Shown here: piece after piece, positions 10,728 to 23,159 of the stretch
Numbering within the stretch: the stretch's first letter is position 1
Layout: the number at the start of each line of letters is the position of its first letter
From: Eledone cirrhosa
Taxonomy: Eukaryota
Reading direction: 5' to 3'
DNA: 64,000 nucleotides
NCBI GenBank assembly: GCA_964016885.1
Contig: OZ024742.1
Coordinates: forward strand, 126,108,001 to 126,172,000
Notes under the pieces: model-generated
Database searches by the model: none
What the model saw: the letters and a program-made list of their open reading frames with translations, nothing else
Told to the model about the DNA's origin: nothing
Position numbers and translations under genes: made by a program

Positions 10728-11265
10728 TTTAGCAGGGTAGATGATTGAAGGTCGTTATTTGCCAGTGTGGTAAGTGATAGTATCCTCGTTGGATTATCTT
10801 GTTGACATAGACGTGAGGGAAGGTCCCTCGATCTATTTACAATATTCCTTTCGTCAGGTTGCCAATTCCAGCAGCATGGATTATAGATGTTATTGAGACA
10901 CGAGTAACATAATAATGATTTCAACAGCAGTAATTAGAGATGAAATGTATGTTTATTTTTGATGTAGCACAAACAATGTTTGTTAACTTATATGGTTGAA
11001 GTTACAGATAAAAAGAGGTTACAAAAGGGAATGTGCCATTGCGCCGTTAAGTCGGTGAGTCTAGGGTGCAAGATCTCACCGTTACATTATGCGTGTTGCT
11101 GGCTTGAAGTTTCCGGTACAAGAGGAAGATTCTTCAAATCTTCGCGGGGAATTTCTTTCCCAGGGCGCGTAGGGATACATCCTCTTCTACTGGCGCTGAT
11201 TGGCTGAACTGAGCCAAATCACGCACAGAGAATGTATGTGAGCCCGCGGAATGTAGGTCACTACA
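10728..11265 (-). repeat. LTR type C (minus), with PPT upstream and PBS downstream
   Basis: Minus: ggaagggggtat|TGTAGTGACC...CTGCTAAA g TGGCGACCACGA (PBS 10715-10726, tRNA-Arg-like). Confidence 0.75.
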
Positions 11266-12835
11266 ATACCCCCTTCCTAGACGGTAGTCGATACAGATTA
11301 TTAAATCAGCAAGAACAAATGCTGAAAGAGCACATCAGGGACAAAACAATTGAGCAGAAGGCTGCATGCAAGAAAAAATGAGGCGCTACGGGCCGTGTTG
11401 AGCCGCTGTGTCAAATGACCAGTTGTTTTGTTGTTTATACGTGACCGCCAAAGGTCTAACAAAAACGGATAAAGTCTGACATGGGCGAAGTTGCTGTTCT
11501 TGCATTAAATGTCAATGGCAAGTGCTGCACCAGTAGCTGTGGACGAAGCTATTATGGTAGTTCACCAGTGCTGGCAAGAAGATGATGGGTAGGCGAGAAA
11601 ATGTTGGCCTCCCAGATATATTGCCGAAAGTGCTGTGGAGCCAGGAAAAAATAGCTGGTTGCTTTGTAAAGAAAAAAAAAGCAAGTTTAATCTGTAGGTG
11701 GGTTGCAGTGTAAATTCCATAATTCGGGCGAATCCACAGAAGTGGCCGAAATGCTGACAAGTCCAGTTCAATTTGTTACTTTCCCAGCGAGTCGGGCAAA
11801 AACAACAAGACGGATGGTCGTCATGGACGATCAGTGTGCAACGAGATGCGAAGCTGTTTGAGTTCAGCTGCAATTAGTATTCTCGTGTTGCGGTGCCTGT
11901 TTGAATCCAGTGGATTAAGCTCTGTGAGCTGCTAGCATGTGACAGCACCTCGACCAGGTGAAAAGGGACTCGCAGAATATTACGTTTGAAGAACATATAC
12001 CAAGAACAACATGTTGGTGTGTGATAAAAAAATGTGTGCATATGCAGGCATGTAAAACAGCAAAGAATGTGAATGAACAAAAACCATGAGCAAGCAAATG
12101 GCAAAAGAGCACAAAACAAGTAAATGCATCCTACAAAGAAATATGTGAATGTAACAAACTAATAATTCAAAGTCAATCTAAGGGAGCAGAGAAATTTCTC
12201 AATAAGTTCAAAGTTTTTCAAAGTCAAATAGTTCACACATCATCAGTGTACAGACACTAGTTCTCTCTGAAAACTGAAAAAGAAGTTTGTTAATGCCGTT
12301 AGGGGTTAGATGTATGGTTTTTTGTGAGTTTTCGTGGCCATTTTACCGTCCTGCCACAAAGTTGTGTTGCTTATCGTTAAAGCAAAGTCAAAGAATCTTC
12401 TGTAGAGTAGCAGTCACCAAACATGGCAGCCACGTCTGACGCCATAATGGTGAGAAAACTACTGTCTCAATTTCTCGAGTCCCTGTGGTAACGAGACAGA
12501 AGGTATGGTGGTTGCGTCGGTAAAGTTACAAGCCGTTTTGAAATTTCCGATGTGTGGTGGTTTGCGTCGGTAAGGCTATGAAGCTGCCACTCACTGTTCT
12601 CTGTATTGGTCAGTGGTTAAACAACGCTGTCGCTGCTGCTGTCGTTGTTGTTGTCGAGTGTAGATAGGACTTGTCGGTAGCCATCTTGAAATTTTTTCGT
12701 GGCGAAAAAGTTTTTGAAATACTGCCAATTTTTCAAAAGATTTTGAAGGGAATATATTGTATTTTCGCAAGTTGCGAAAAAGGTTGGCAACGTGGCAATA
12801 AACTGAATGAAAAAGAAGGGCTGCGTTAAATTCTT

Positions 12836-12940
12836 ACGTCGGTCACCAATATAGCGGGAATTACTAACGTGTATGAATGTAACAAGGAGACATGGTTTGT
12901 GTGTATAATATTTAATTTTAACCTTGTATTGGCACGTGTA
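12836..12940 (-). repeat. U5 end of LTR type B plus tRNA-Trp-type PBS (minus)
   Basis: Minus: ...cattcatacacgttagtaattcccgctata t TGGTGACCGACGT; inverted match to 13985-14051. Confidence 0.85.
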
Positions 12941-13725
12941 GGCAGCACAAATTCTCAACTCACGGAGATATCTCGACTCACAGAGATAGCCGCACGCCAG
13001 AGATAACGTTTCTCGCCAAGGATTCTTCAGCCTTAAGCTATATTCTCCTATTTGCCGGTTTAAAAATTTACCACGTAAATTTGCCGTTGAAAACTGCGCA
13101 TTTATTCAGAATGCTTATTTCTTTGGTCGCTGGCCTCTTGACCCTTCCAGGTCAACGCATTCTCAACATCGACCATCAACTTCGGCTGTTATTTCTAACA
13201 CTTTGCGCAACTCATTTTTTCCGAAAAAAAATTTTTTTACTGTGAATTTAAACACCGAATACGCTCACTCCGCGAGACAACAACATCAACAGCAACACAG
13301 CTTCACCAACAACCAAAACCAGCAGAACAAGCCAGAGAATTTATTTTTGCAGCACTCTTCCTGTGAGAAAATCCATTCGGAGGTTGGAAATTTCACGATA
13401 TACCACAGAAGAGAAACCACCTGCATTCATTCTCTGGAACACACTTTCTTTCCTGCTGTCATGTGATTGGCACACCTGTGAACTATATTTTGTACATTTG
13501 AACTTTGAGCTCTTCTCTTACTTTGTTACATTGTATCTTTGGGTGATTGATAGATAGATAGATGTCCAGTCGTTCTCTGGCCAAGAGCGGTTGGCTACCT
13601 TGATATCTATCATTGATTTTTGCAAACATTCTTTTGTCGTAATTTTCATGCCTGTTACAACATTCTCGCCAACTTGCTACATATTTCATTCGATTGTTAT
13701 ATTCTAAAATTCTGGCGGGAGGTTA

Positions 13726-14051
13726 TGTAGCAGTTGCCTCCCTTGTTGTGACACTCACAACACCATCTAGACAGGAAGTAGAACCCTTTCTGTAACTTCC
13801 GGTCAGAACCCTATAAAACTAACAACTTTAAGTTCTCACTCTCTCATTTGCCCTTCCGGCACCTGGCCTTCGCCAGGCGTCTTCTGCCAGCCGCGTTTGC
13901 CTGGCAATCAAAACGGTAACTACTAACTTTGTTTCATTCTTTCATCTATTTCTTTGACATGTCAACTATACTGTTAAATCGTTAATTAAATATTATACAC
14001 ACAAACTATGTCTCCTTGTTACATTCATACACGCTAGTAATTCCCGCTATA
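13726..14051 (+). repeat. LTR type B, preceded by PPT and a 3' UTR homologous to 17440-17914
   Basis: ggcgggaggtta|TGTAGCAGTTGCCTCCC...CCCGCTATA; U3 start resembles LTR A; 13035-13725 aligns to the host element's 3' UTR. Confidence 0.85.
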
Positions 14052-14066
14052 CTCCTTTCATAAGGC

Positions 14067-14107
14067 GGGAAACGCCTAAGAGGTCCGCTGATGGGGACAG
14101 CTGAGCT
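14067..14107 (+). promoter_or_regulatory. -1 ribosomal frameshift signal (G GGA AAC) with downstream stem/pseudoknot
   Basis: The heptamer is in gag frame just before TAA. The -1 frame reads RLRGPLM into the pol ORF at 14091. gtcc/ggac stem and gctg/cagc pairing follow. Confidence 0.8.
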
Positions 14108-17100
14108 CAACATAAAGCCACCAAACCGCCATTTCTTCATTAAGGACCTAATGTCCGGAAGAGGTTTCCTCGTGGATACAGGAGCCTCCTGTAGTATTTG
14201 GCCGGTCCATTGCCTGAAAGATACCCCCATAGAGTCATCTGTTACGCTGCAGGCAGTTAACCACTCGTCTATAAAGACGTACGTGCAAATCTCGCTTCCT
14301 CTCAAATTCCTAAATCTTCGTAGGGATTTTAAGTGGATTTTTACGGTTGCCGATTTGCCATACCCCATCTTAGGAGCGGATTTCCTCCACAACTTCTCTT
14401 TAACTGTGGACGTCCGTGGCCAACGCCTGGTGGATAACATCACCGGTTTTTCAATTCATGGCCAGGAAGCCAATGCTCCAATAGTCAGCCCCATGTTCTT
14501 CGTCGCTGCCGCTGGAGACGCCTACCATTCGTTGCTGGGTTCTTTCCCGGAGCTCATGGATGGAAATTTTCGAGTCACTGACCCAACACACTCGACCGAA
14601 CATTTCGTTTCCACCACCGGTGCTCCAGTGTTTTCGCGTCCACGCCGCTTACCGACGGAAAAATTAAAGGCAGCACGGTCCGAGTTCGACCATATGCTGC
14701 AGCTGGGCATTATTCGCCCATCTACGAGTCCTTGGGCTTCACCGTTACACATGGTGCCCAAGACTTCCGGCGACTGGAGACCCACTGGGGATTATAGGAG
14801 GTTAAATTCCATGACCGTCTCGGATAGGTATCCCATTCCCCATCTCCATGATTTTGCATCTTCATTGCAGGGGTGTAAGATTTTTTCAAAGTTAGATTTA
14901 GTGCGAGCCTACCACCAAATTCCGGTCAGAAAGGAGGATATTCCGAAAACGGCGATTACAACCCTTTTCGGATCCTTCGAATTTTTTACCATGCCTTTCG
15001 GACTCAGGAACGCCGCTAGCACTTTTCAGCGGTTCATAGACGAGGTCACGCGTGGTCTGGACTTCGTTTATGCTTACATAGACGATATTCTCGTCGCTAG
15101 TTCCTCTCCGGAAGAGCATATGCGCCACATGCTTCTCTTATTTCGGCGACTTCAGGATTACCGCGTTCGCGTGAATCCAGCAAAGTGTGTTTTCGGTTCC
15201 ACTTCCGCAAATTGTTTAGGCCACCTCATCGATGCCGAAGGTATCAGGCCGCTCCCTCAGCGAGTTCAAGCCATACAGGAGTTACCTCCGCCTACTACAC
15301 TTCACCAGTTGCGTCAATTCTTAGGCCTAATCAATTTCTATAGGCGTTTCGTTCCTCATTGTGCTAATTTGCTATCTTCTCTTACTGATATTTTAAAAAA
15401 TCGTCGTAATGAGAATGAGGATATTTCCTTGACACAAGGAAAGCTTCAGGACTTCCAGACTGCCAAGACAGCACTCGCTGGTTCATCTTTACTAGTCCAC
15501 CCGGTACCAGAGGCCAAGCTTTCGCTTTGTGTTGATGCATCTGATACCGCTGTGGGAGCAGTTTTACAGCAGTCCTACGCTGAAAACCAACAACCTTTAG
15601 CATTTTTCTCGAGGAAGTTGAAACCAGCAGAAACGCGTTATAGCACGTTTGGGCGGGAATTATTAGCCATATATCTGTCGGTGAAACATTTCTCTCATAT
15701 TCTTGAGGGGAGAAATTTTACAGTTTTTACCGACCACAAACCGTTGACCTTCGCTTTGAGGGCCAAAGCCGACAGATATTCGCCCAGAGAGACAAGGCAC
15801 CTGGAATACGTTTCACAATTTACAAACGATATCCAGCACATTGCCGGCTCGCACAACATAGCTGCAGACGCATTGTCACGTTTGCCAATTAGCTCCATCT
15901 CGTCATCCCAGGAGATCGACTTAGGTCGTTTAGCTGCAGACAAACCTGCACTCCAATCGTTGGACACTCTTTCTGCTGAATTTGCGACTTGCATTTTCAA
16001 ATATCTGCCCTTGTCCACCACCGACAGGTAGATTCTATGTGATGTATCTACGGATGCACCACGACCACTTGTTCCTGAGACTCACCGTCGAATTGTGTTC
16101 CTGGCTTTACACAACATTTCTCACCCAGGATCTGCTGCCACAGTAAAGCTCATAACAGCCAGATTCTTCTGGCCAAATACGAGGCGCGACATTGCTGCTT
16201 GGTGCCGTTCCTGCATCGCTTGCCAGAAATCGAAAATCCATAGACACATCCGGACTCCACTTGGTACTTTCAGTACTCCAGATGCTCGGTTTCAACACAT
16301 CCACATTGACATCGTTGGACCTTGGCCATTCAGCAGTGGATATTTATACATATTGACCTGTGTCGATCGTTTTTCGCGATGGCCTGAAGCCATCCCTTTA
16401 CAAGACATGAATGCTGAGACTGTAGCACGTGCCCTGGTATCAGGGTGGATTACCCGCTTTGGGGTACCAACTACACTCATCACAGACTGTGGTAGACAAT
16501 TCGAGTCCCATCTCTTCTCTGAGCTCACAAAGATAATTGGAGCTCAACGGATTCGGACCACAGCCTATCATCCTGCTTCAAATGGAATGGTGGAACGATT
16601 CCACCGCCAATTAAAGGCCGCTCTTCGCGCCTATCCAGACTCTCAACGTTGGAGCGAGTACCTTCCTATTGTGTTGTTAGGAATTCGGTCATCAATAAAG
16701 GAGGACCTTGGGTTCTCTCCGGCCGAATTACTTTACGGTGCTCCTCTAGCGTTGCCTGGGCAAATGCTTGCCCCTGTTGATCTTGCTTTCTAAGATCCGC
16801 TTTCCTACGTATCCCGTCTGCGTTCTTATTTTCAGGACCTGCCGCCGATGGATACGAGGAAACAAACTGTAAAACCTGCGGTCCCGAGGGATATTGCCTC
16901 GTGGACCCATGTGTTCGTAAGGAACGATGCTGTGAGACCACCCCTCACACAACCATACTCTGGACCCTACCGTGTGTTAGCACGTACTGACAAACATTTC
17001 ACTGTAGACGTTAAGGGGTCCAGAGAGACAATTTCGGTGGATAGACTGAAAAGGGCACGCAATGACGCTCATACACCCGAGCCACAAATACCCCAATCTT

Positions 17101-17219
17101 TCTCTCCTGTGCATACACCTGCTCCTTCTGCCTCACTTTCACCTACATACAAGACTACGACCCGTTCCGGTCGGAGAGCCGACTGGCCCAAAAAGTTCTG
17201 CCAAACTATTTTTATGTGA
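14073..17219 (+). pseudogene. pol: pol (protease, RT, RNase H, integrase), single frame with two premature stops (16029, 16791)
   Basis: LVDTGAS; PFGL, YIDD; VDASD, ELLAI, TDHKPL; [26 protein letters not shown]; PYSGPY. Confidence 0.96.
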
Positions 17220-17914
17220 ACTGGCCACTGGAGCCTTATTTTATTTTTTTGCTGTTCTTGTTATTTATTCATTTATTGTATTACAATGTACCTCTCATTA
17301 CCATTTCACTGGATGTATATATATGTTTTTCGTTTCCTCTTACAACGAACATTTTAAAAGAAATTTGATTTTTTTTTTACACATTTCGACACGAACACTT
17401 ATTTTCGCTGAATCTCAACTATTGCTTATTCTTTCCACCAAGCTATATTCTTCTATTTGCCGCTTTAAAAATTTACCTCGTAAATTTGCCGTTGAAAACT
17501 GCGCATTTATTCAGAATGCTTATTTCTCTGGTCGCTGGCCTTTTGACCCTTCCAGGTCAACGCATTTACAACATCAACAACAACAACACAGCTTCATCAA
17601 CAACCAAAACCAGCAGAACAAGCCAGAGAATTTATTTCTGCAGCACTCTTCCTGTGAGAAATTCCCTTCGGAAGTTGGAAATTTCACGTTATACCACAGA
17701 CCAGAAACCACCTGCATTCATTCTCTGGAACACATTCTTTCCTGCTGTCATGTGATTGCACACATGTGAACTGTATTTTGAACATTTGAACTTTGACCTC
17801 TTCTCTTCTTTTGATTACATTGTATCATAATTTTCATGCCTCTTACATGCTCGCCATCTTACTCTATGCATGCTTCATTCGATTTTTATGTTTTAAAAAT
17901 CTGGCGGGGGATAA

Positions 17915-18371
17915 TGTAGCAAGAGTTGCCTCCCTTGTCATGACAATCTCATCACCGCTCTCTAGACAGGAAGTAGCTGGAGTTGCTTCCCTTTGGAAGT
18001 GATATAACCCTGTTGGTCACTTCCGGTCAGACCCTATAAAAGGAACAGGTTAGGGCGATCTTCCCCTCTCGCCTCCTGAATTTCAAAGTGGTAACACCTG
18101 CGACCTTAGCATGAGATGATTCCTTTCTCATAATCCTTCGCCACCAAGAAGAATACAACCGGCAGCCTAAGAGCCTAAGAAGATGTTCACACATAGAGAA
18201 GATCTCTGTTCTTCTCTACACACTTCAGCCTAGGAGTTGTGATCCACGGGTAATGATTCATTTATATTAATCCCTTTGACTTCTATGAAGTAAAAACGTT
18301 ATCACAACACACACCTGCATTTATTGTCTTTTGTAATAATTTTATATGTACACCGATACTAAACTCCTAAA
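17915..18371 (+). repeat. 3' LTR (type A)
   Basis: Direct repeat of 8981-9437 with scattered substitutions and small indels. Confidence 0.95.
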
Positions 18372-18621
18372 CATTCTTGCGATTCAAGGGATGACAATTT
18401 CTTTTCTTTTACAACATTTCCACCAGGAAGGTGGCCGGTCAAAAAAATATACTCGAAATTAAGAGAAAGAGATAACGTACGTACGTACATGCATGTATGC
18501 ATACAAACACACACACACACACATTCATACGTAGCGAAATCTGTCCACACCTTAATCCCTGGGTGACATTTAACGGTCATTTTCTTTTTTTTTGGGGGGG
18601 GGGTATCTGGATATATATATA

Positions 18622-20431
18622 CTAGCTAAACTACCCGTCCTTTGGACGGTTCAAGTAGCTCATTAAACTAAACAAAGTAAATTTGAATACATAGAAGAAA
18701 AACCTACTTTATGTAAACATGAAAACCTTAGGCACTATTCCAGCGAAATAATTAATATGTGAGCTCGGTGTCATCCGTTATACCATATAACAACAGAAAT
18801 CCAGTTTAGGTATAAATTTTTTTGACAACAGTAAAAGCGCATCATGAAATAGAGAAGTGAAGTGAATAATAGACACTATTATGTACATAGGTTGGAATAA
18901 CAATACAGATTGGACAAAACAGGGGGGAACTGATGGATGAGCAAATCGTTATAAAAAAAGAGGTGGATGTTGGGTTATTGAAGAGCAGATTTATACACAA
19001 CATTTTTGGTTTTCCCATCAGGAGCATAAATAAATAGATTGTCAGGATTACCAACTCGAGAACAGCCAACGTAAACCTGACCATGTGAAAAGCAATGGGT
19101 CCGAAGATCCAGACCAACAACTTTAAGAGATTGGCCTTGAGATTTGTTTATGGTCATTGCAAAACTAATCTTGAGTGGGAATTGTAACCTTTTCATGAGA
19201 AATGGACAATCAGAAGAGGTAAAAGGAATTTTGGGAATAAAAACAGATTCATTTCGCCCGGGTCCTGTGGTTATTTCTGCCTCAATTACAAGGTTCATCA
19301 GTTGCTTTACCACCAGTCTTGGTCCATTACAAAGAAAGGGGAGGGGGGGTTAAAGTACGTAGCAGGATAACAGGAGCTCCAACTTTTAGATACAACTCGT
19401 GAGGATCCTGAGAGTTAAGAAACTCTGTTGGGAATTTGGTCACTTGATCAAAGTCTGTAACAGTGTCACCTGACTTGTAACAGTGTTGAATAGAGGGCAA
19501 CTGACCAACTATTTCGTGATTGATCAGCTTAACAGCAGCATTTGTGGGTGCAAGAATAGCCCTCTCACAAAGCCAATCAGGATTCATGAATTCAGTTGAA
19601 AGATTTGGATAAACTGAAGAACATAAGTCATCGGGCATTGAAACTGAGCGACCAATGCTAGAAGTGTCAATGTATCCATTGTCGTCGGACTCAAGTTGAC
19701 CATCACCGATTTGGAGGAGTTGAGTGGAAAATGACGTAGACGGACGACCAGTTTATAATAGCGATTGCATGTAAAGTAGACACGATATAACACAATCGAA
19801 TGTAAAAATAAAGATTAATTTTAAAATGCATTTGAAGAACATGTAGCGGTAGAACGTTGGAAATGTACAGGGTATGTAGTTAATAACTAAATTATGTGTC
19901 AGAAACGTCGTCTAATCCATGCGAAAAAATAGAATAATTCTAAGTCTTTGTTGTATAAACCATCCTTTAGATAAATTAAACATAATATTGTAAAAGTTCT
20001 GACATCAGTTAATGTATGAACATCAACATTGAAACGATAAATTATACAATGTCAAATCTATAACTTAACTTAGTAATCTGTTAGAAATTGCTGGTTGTGA
20101 AATATACAAAATGATATTGTTATTCTCTTTGTTTCAAGTAGAAAGAGTAAATTAAAATCCGAATAAGCCGAATTACGAAAGATAACTCTTGATTACGAAA
20201 GATAACTTTTGTCTTACTTAATCACGAAAATTCACACAAATAACCGAAACTTTTTTAATGTCTCCAAAGGCCCCAATATCGATTTTTGAAAGCCTTTGTA
20301 GATCATGTACAGGTTTTGTGCAAGGAGAAGCTCTGTAAAAAATTTCAAAGAAATCGCATGAATGGTTTAGAATATATGAGCCCTCATTAAAAATTGTCGA
20401 CACACATATACATACAGAAAACTTCAGATTT

Positions 20432-20440
<9 letters not shown>
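18622..20440 (-). mobile_element. Internally deleted Helitron with PIF1 helicase C-terminal remnant
   Basis: ERAILAPTN, RLQFPLKISFAMTINKSQGQSL, FSHGQVYVGCSRV (18975-19640); 3' hairpin ccgtcc-aaa-ggacgg followed by CTAG at 18622-18625. The 5' boundary is approximate. Confidence 0.88.
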
Positions 20441-20466
<26 letters not shown>

Positions 20467-20735
20467 CTTAAAATGGAGTGAGAATAAGAAAGCAAGAACG
20501 TGGGTGTGGGGGGGGGGCAGTTTTCCTCATCACTTGTCTACTGGGGTCTCGGATATTTCCACGCTTTAAAGACAATATATCTACCGCCCAGAGCGTTCAA
20601 TAACTGGGAAGGTTATTGGGAAAACGGAAGAGGGAGGGAAGGGATATATATATATATTTACTTATTTATTTATTTATTTATTTATTTATTAGGACCAGTT
20701 ACTACAACGGCGCCATACCAAGTACGTACGTTTCA

Positions 20736-20905
20736 TTAGCCCTGTGGACCAACTTATTCAACCTGTGCCGATGAAAATGAACTCCCAAATGTTTACGCAA
20801 AAAGGAAAATACAGAACGAACATTTAAACAGAGTAACAAACAGAGTAAGCATTTTCCAGTTCATTTTCATTAGCACAGATCGAAAAATCTGCTCTTCATG
20901 GCTAA
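20736..20905. mobile_element. Small MITE-like inverted repeat
   Basis: ttagcc...ctgtgccgatgaaaatgaact versus agttcattttcattagcacag...ggctaa, ~48-bp imperfect arms. Confidence 0.5.
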
Positions 20906-21127
20906 CTCGCCCTACGAAATTGGGTTGCTCCTGAATACTTTTACCTACCTATTACTATTATATAAGTAAGCAGGTACGAAGTCAAGGTTGCACCTTCAAT
21001 GAATTTTATTGTATATATGACAAATGATTCGATACTGATCAACTCAGGGTTCGATCTTATTGGTCACGGCCCAAGGCTGCATTGAGATATCATCAAATAT
21101 ATCATCGCTGGCGCAGAACACCTTCTA

Positions 21128-21163
<36 letters not shown>

Positions 21164-21603
21164 TTCCTTTGTCTAACATTTTTAATGACCCGCCAAAAGC
21201 CGGGGGTTATTTCCCTTGCTGGAAATAACACGTGACAGCTAAAGATACGATACGCGGCAGTCTAGCGGCAACATTTAGCTTTTTCGCCACGTTCTCGGTA
21301 GAACGAAAACCTGTTGATGAACTGAATCCTCTGTTCGATCATGAATACTACGAGCTTGCCAGTCACGTAAATCTGATATTTCATTTCGGATTCAGAGAAA
21401 CACTTTAAACGTATAATCGTTTGATTTGTCCAGGTGTATTTTTCTCAACATGTTAGTTTTCTCAACATGTCATGCTATTTAAATGTATGTTATTACTCTA
21501 AGGACCTACCTTATCGAGTGCTTTGCTAAATCATTATTTCATATAGTAGGCCGATTCAGCTTGCAAACCAGAGATTCGATTTTACTAAGTATCCAATTAT
21601 ATA

Positions 21604-21735
<132 letters not shown>

Positions 21736-22048
21736 GAAAATCTGCTTCGTAGAATCGAGACGTATCTGAGGACCTTGCGATTTCAGAGTCAGATTCGATC
21801 ATTATATCGATCGTGCCTCGAGCTGGTCACCAGACAAACGCTTGTAATATGTCTAATAAATTTTAACTCGTCAGTGATGCATGTGATTTCCGAACCGTTG
21901 ACTATGTAATTGGTGGCCTTGTGCCGAAAGTAGTGGGACTTTTGAGGTGGCATATCGGCAGTAACAATGACGATAGCCGTCCGTGCTTTCGTGAAATAAA
22001 TACGTTTGTTTATATTTTGTTTTTGTGTATGTAAAAATATCTGTACAG

Positions 22049-22128
<80 letters not shown>

Positions 22129-22399
22129 GATTAAAGTTAAAGCAATAAATCGCTGCTTTCACCCTTAACGGGATCTTCTGAAACTAAAAAAATCAATCTG
22201 TGAACGCAGAAGTAAATATTTCGAAAAACATTGCAACCGAAGAAAAACAGGAAGACAATACTTTGGTTCGTGAAGACGTTTTCATATACACACACACACA
22301 CAGCGTCATAATGTCGTAATGCAGACAGCCAGACATACAGACAGATATTATAAGGGCGTGACGTTATAGTTATGTATCTATCTAAAAAGACAGACTAAG

Positions 22400-22620
22400 A
22401 AAGAGAGAGAGAGATCGCTAATCGGCGCCTAGTGCATGAAAATTAGAAATATTTTTTGCTCAAAACACTCACACGACCATAAGTATTACATGTGTAAAGT
22501 TTGAAAAAATCGGTTGGATGGTTCTCGAGTTTTAGGGAGACAGACATTCTCTGTTTAGATATATACTAGCAGAATGGCCCGGCGTTGCTCGGGATTTGTT
22601 CTAGAGTTCTTATATATTTG
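22400..22620 (-). mobile_element. Non-autonomous Helitron fragments (5'-type segment next to a 3' terminus)
   Basis: ctagcagaatggcccggcgttgctcggg is the same 3' hairpin + CTAG as at 48388 and 62068. Confidence 0.6.
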
Positions 22621-22708
22621 ATATATATTTTTCCTTATCGAGCCTCGTGAAATAAATACCTTTGTTTATATTTTATTGTGTATGCAAAAATATCTGTACA
22701 CGAATATA

Positions 22709-22797
<89 letters not shown>

Positions 22798-23159
22798 GTA
22801 TGTATACGTACATACATATATGTGTACAGACGCACAGTAGTATGTATATATATACATACATGCACACATATATATATATATATGTACGTATGGGTTTACC
22901 GAACATTTATTATAATGTTCGGTTTGTTTGTAAACAAACAGCCCGAATTACGCCGTACAGTGCTTGGCAACCATCGTCGCCCTTTTGTTCAATACTGACA
23001 CAGGAACGATGTATTAGTTTCAAGCTTATTAGCTATCGTCAGCATCGTATACTTTTCTGTCAGATGATTGAACGTCTGAATTCATATACTTACCATCCGA
23101 CAAAGGTAAAGAGTTTTGTGTCATCTCTCAAGCCACATACAACAACCTAGCCTTTGAAC

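Larger units (their letters stand above)
10690..14051. mobile_element. Composite LTR-derived insert at the gag/pol junction, TSD CTCC
   Basis: ctcc(ttt) on both sides (10686, 14052); removing the insert restores gag ...[10 protein letters not shown]. Confidence 0.85.
8981..18371 (+). mobile_element. Ty3/Gypsy LTR retrotransposon, CsRn1/Kabuki/Boudicca clade, full length, TSD CATT
   Basis: 457-bp LTRs at 8981-9437 and 17915-18371; tRNA-Trp-type PBS; PPT ggcgggggataa 17903-17914; CHCC gag; PR-RT-RH-IN order; CATT on both sides (8977-8980, 18372-18375). Confidence 0.95.

Noticed and set aside
11280-12830. Coding remnants inside the composite LTR insert
   Set aside because: Only faint resemblance to Gypsy proteins; no motif can be supported by eye.
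13001-13032. Hammerhead-like CTGAAGA...GAAACGTTA on minus
   Set aside because: Stem II has only 2 bp and there is no stem I.
22146-22186. Hammerhead-like CAGAAGA tccc gttaa gggt GAAA on minus
   Set aside because: Core U is mutated, with no NUH site and no stem I.
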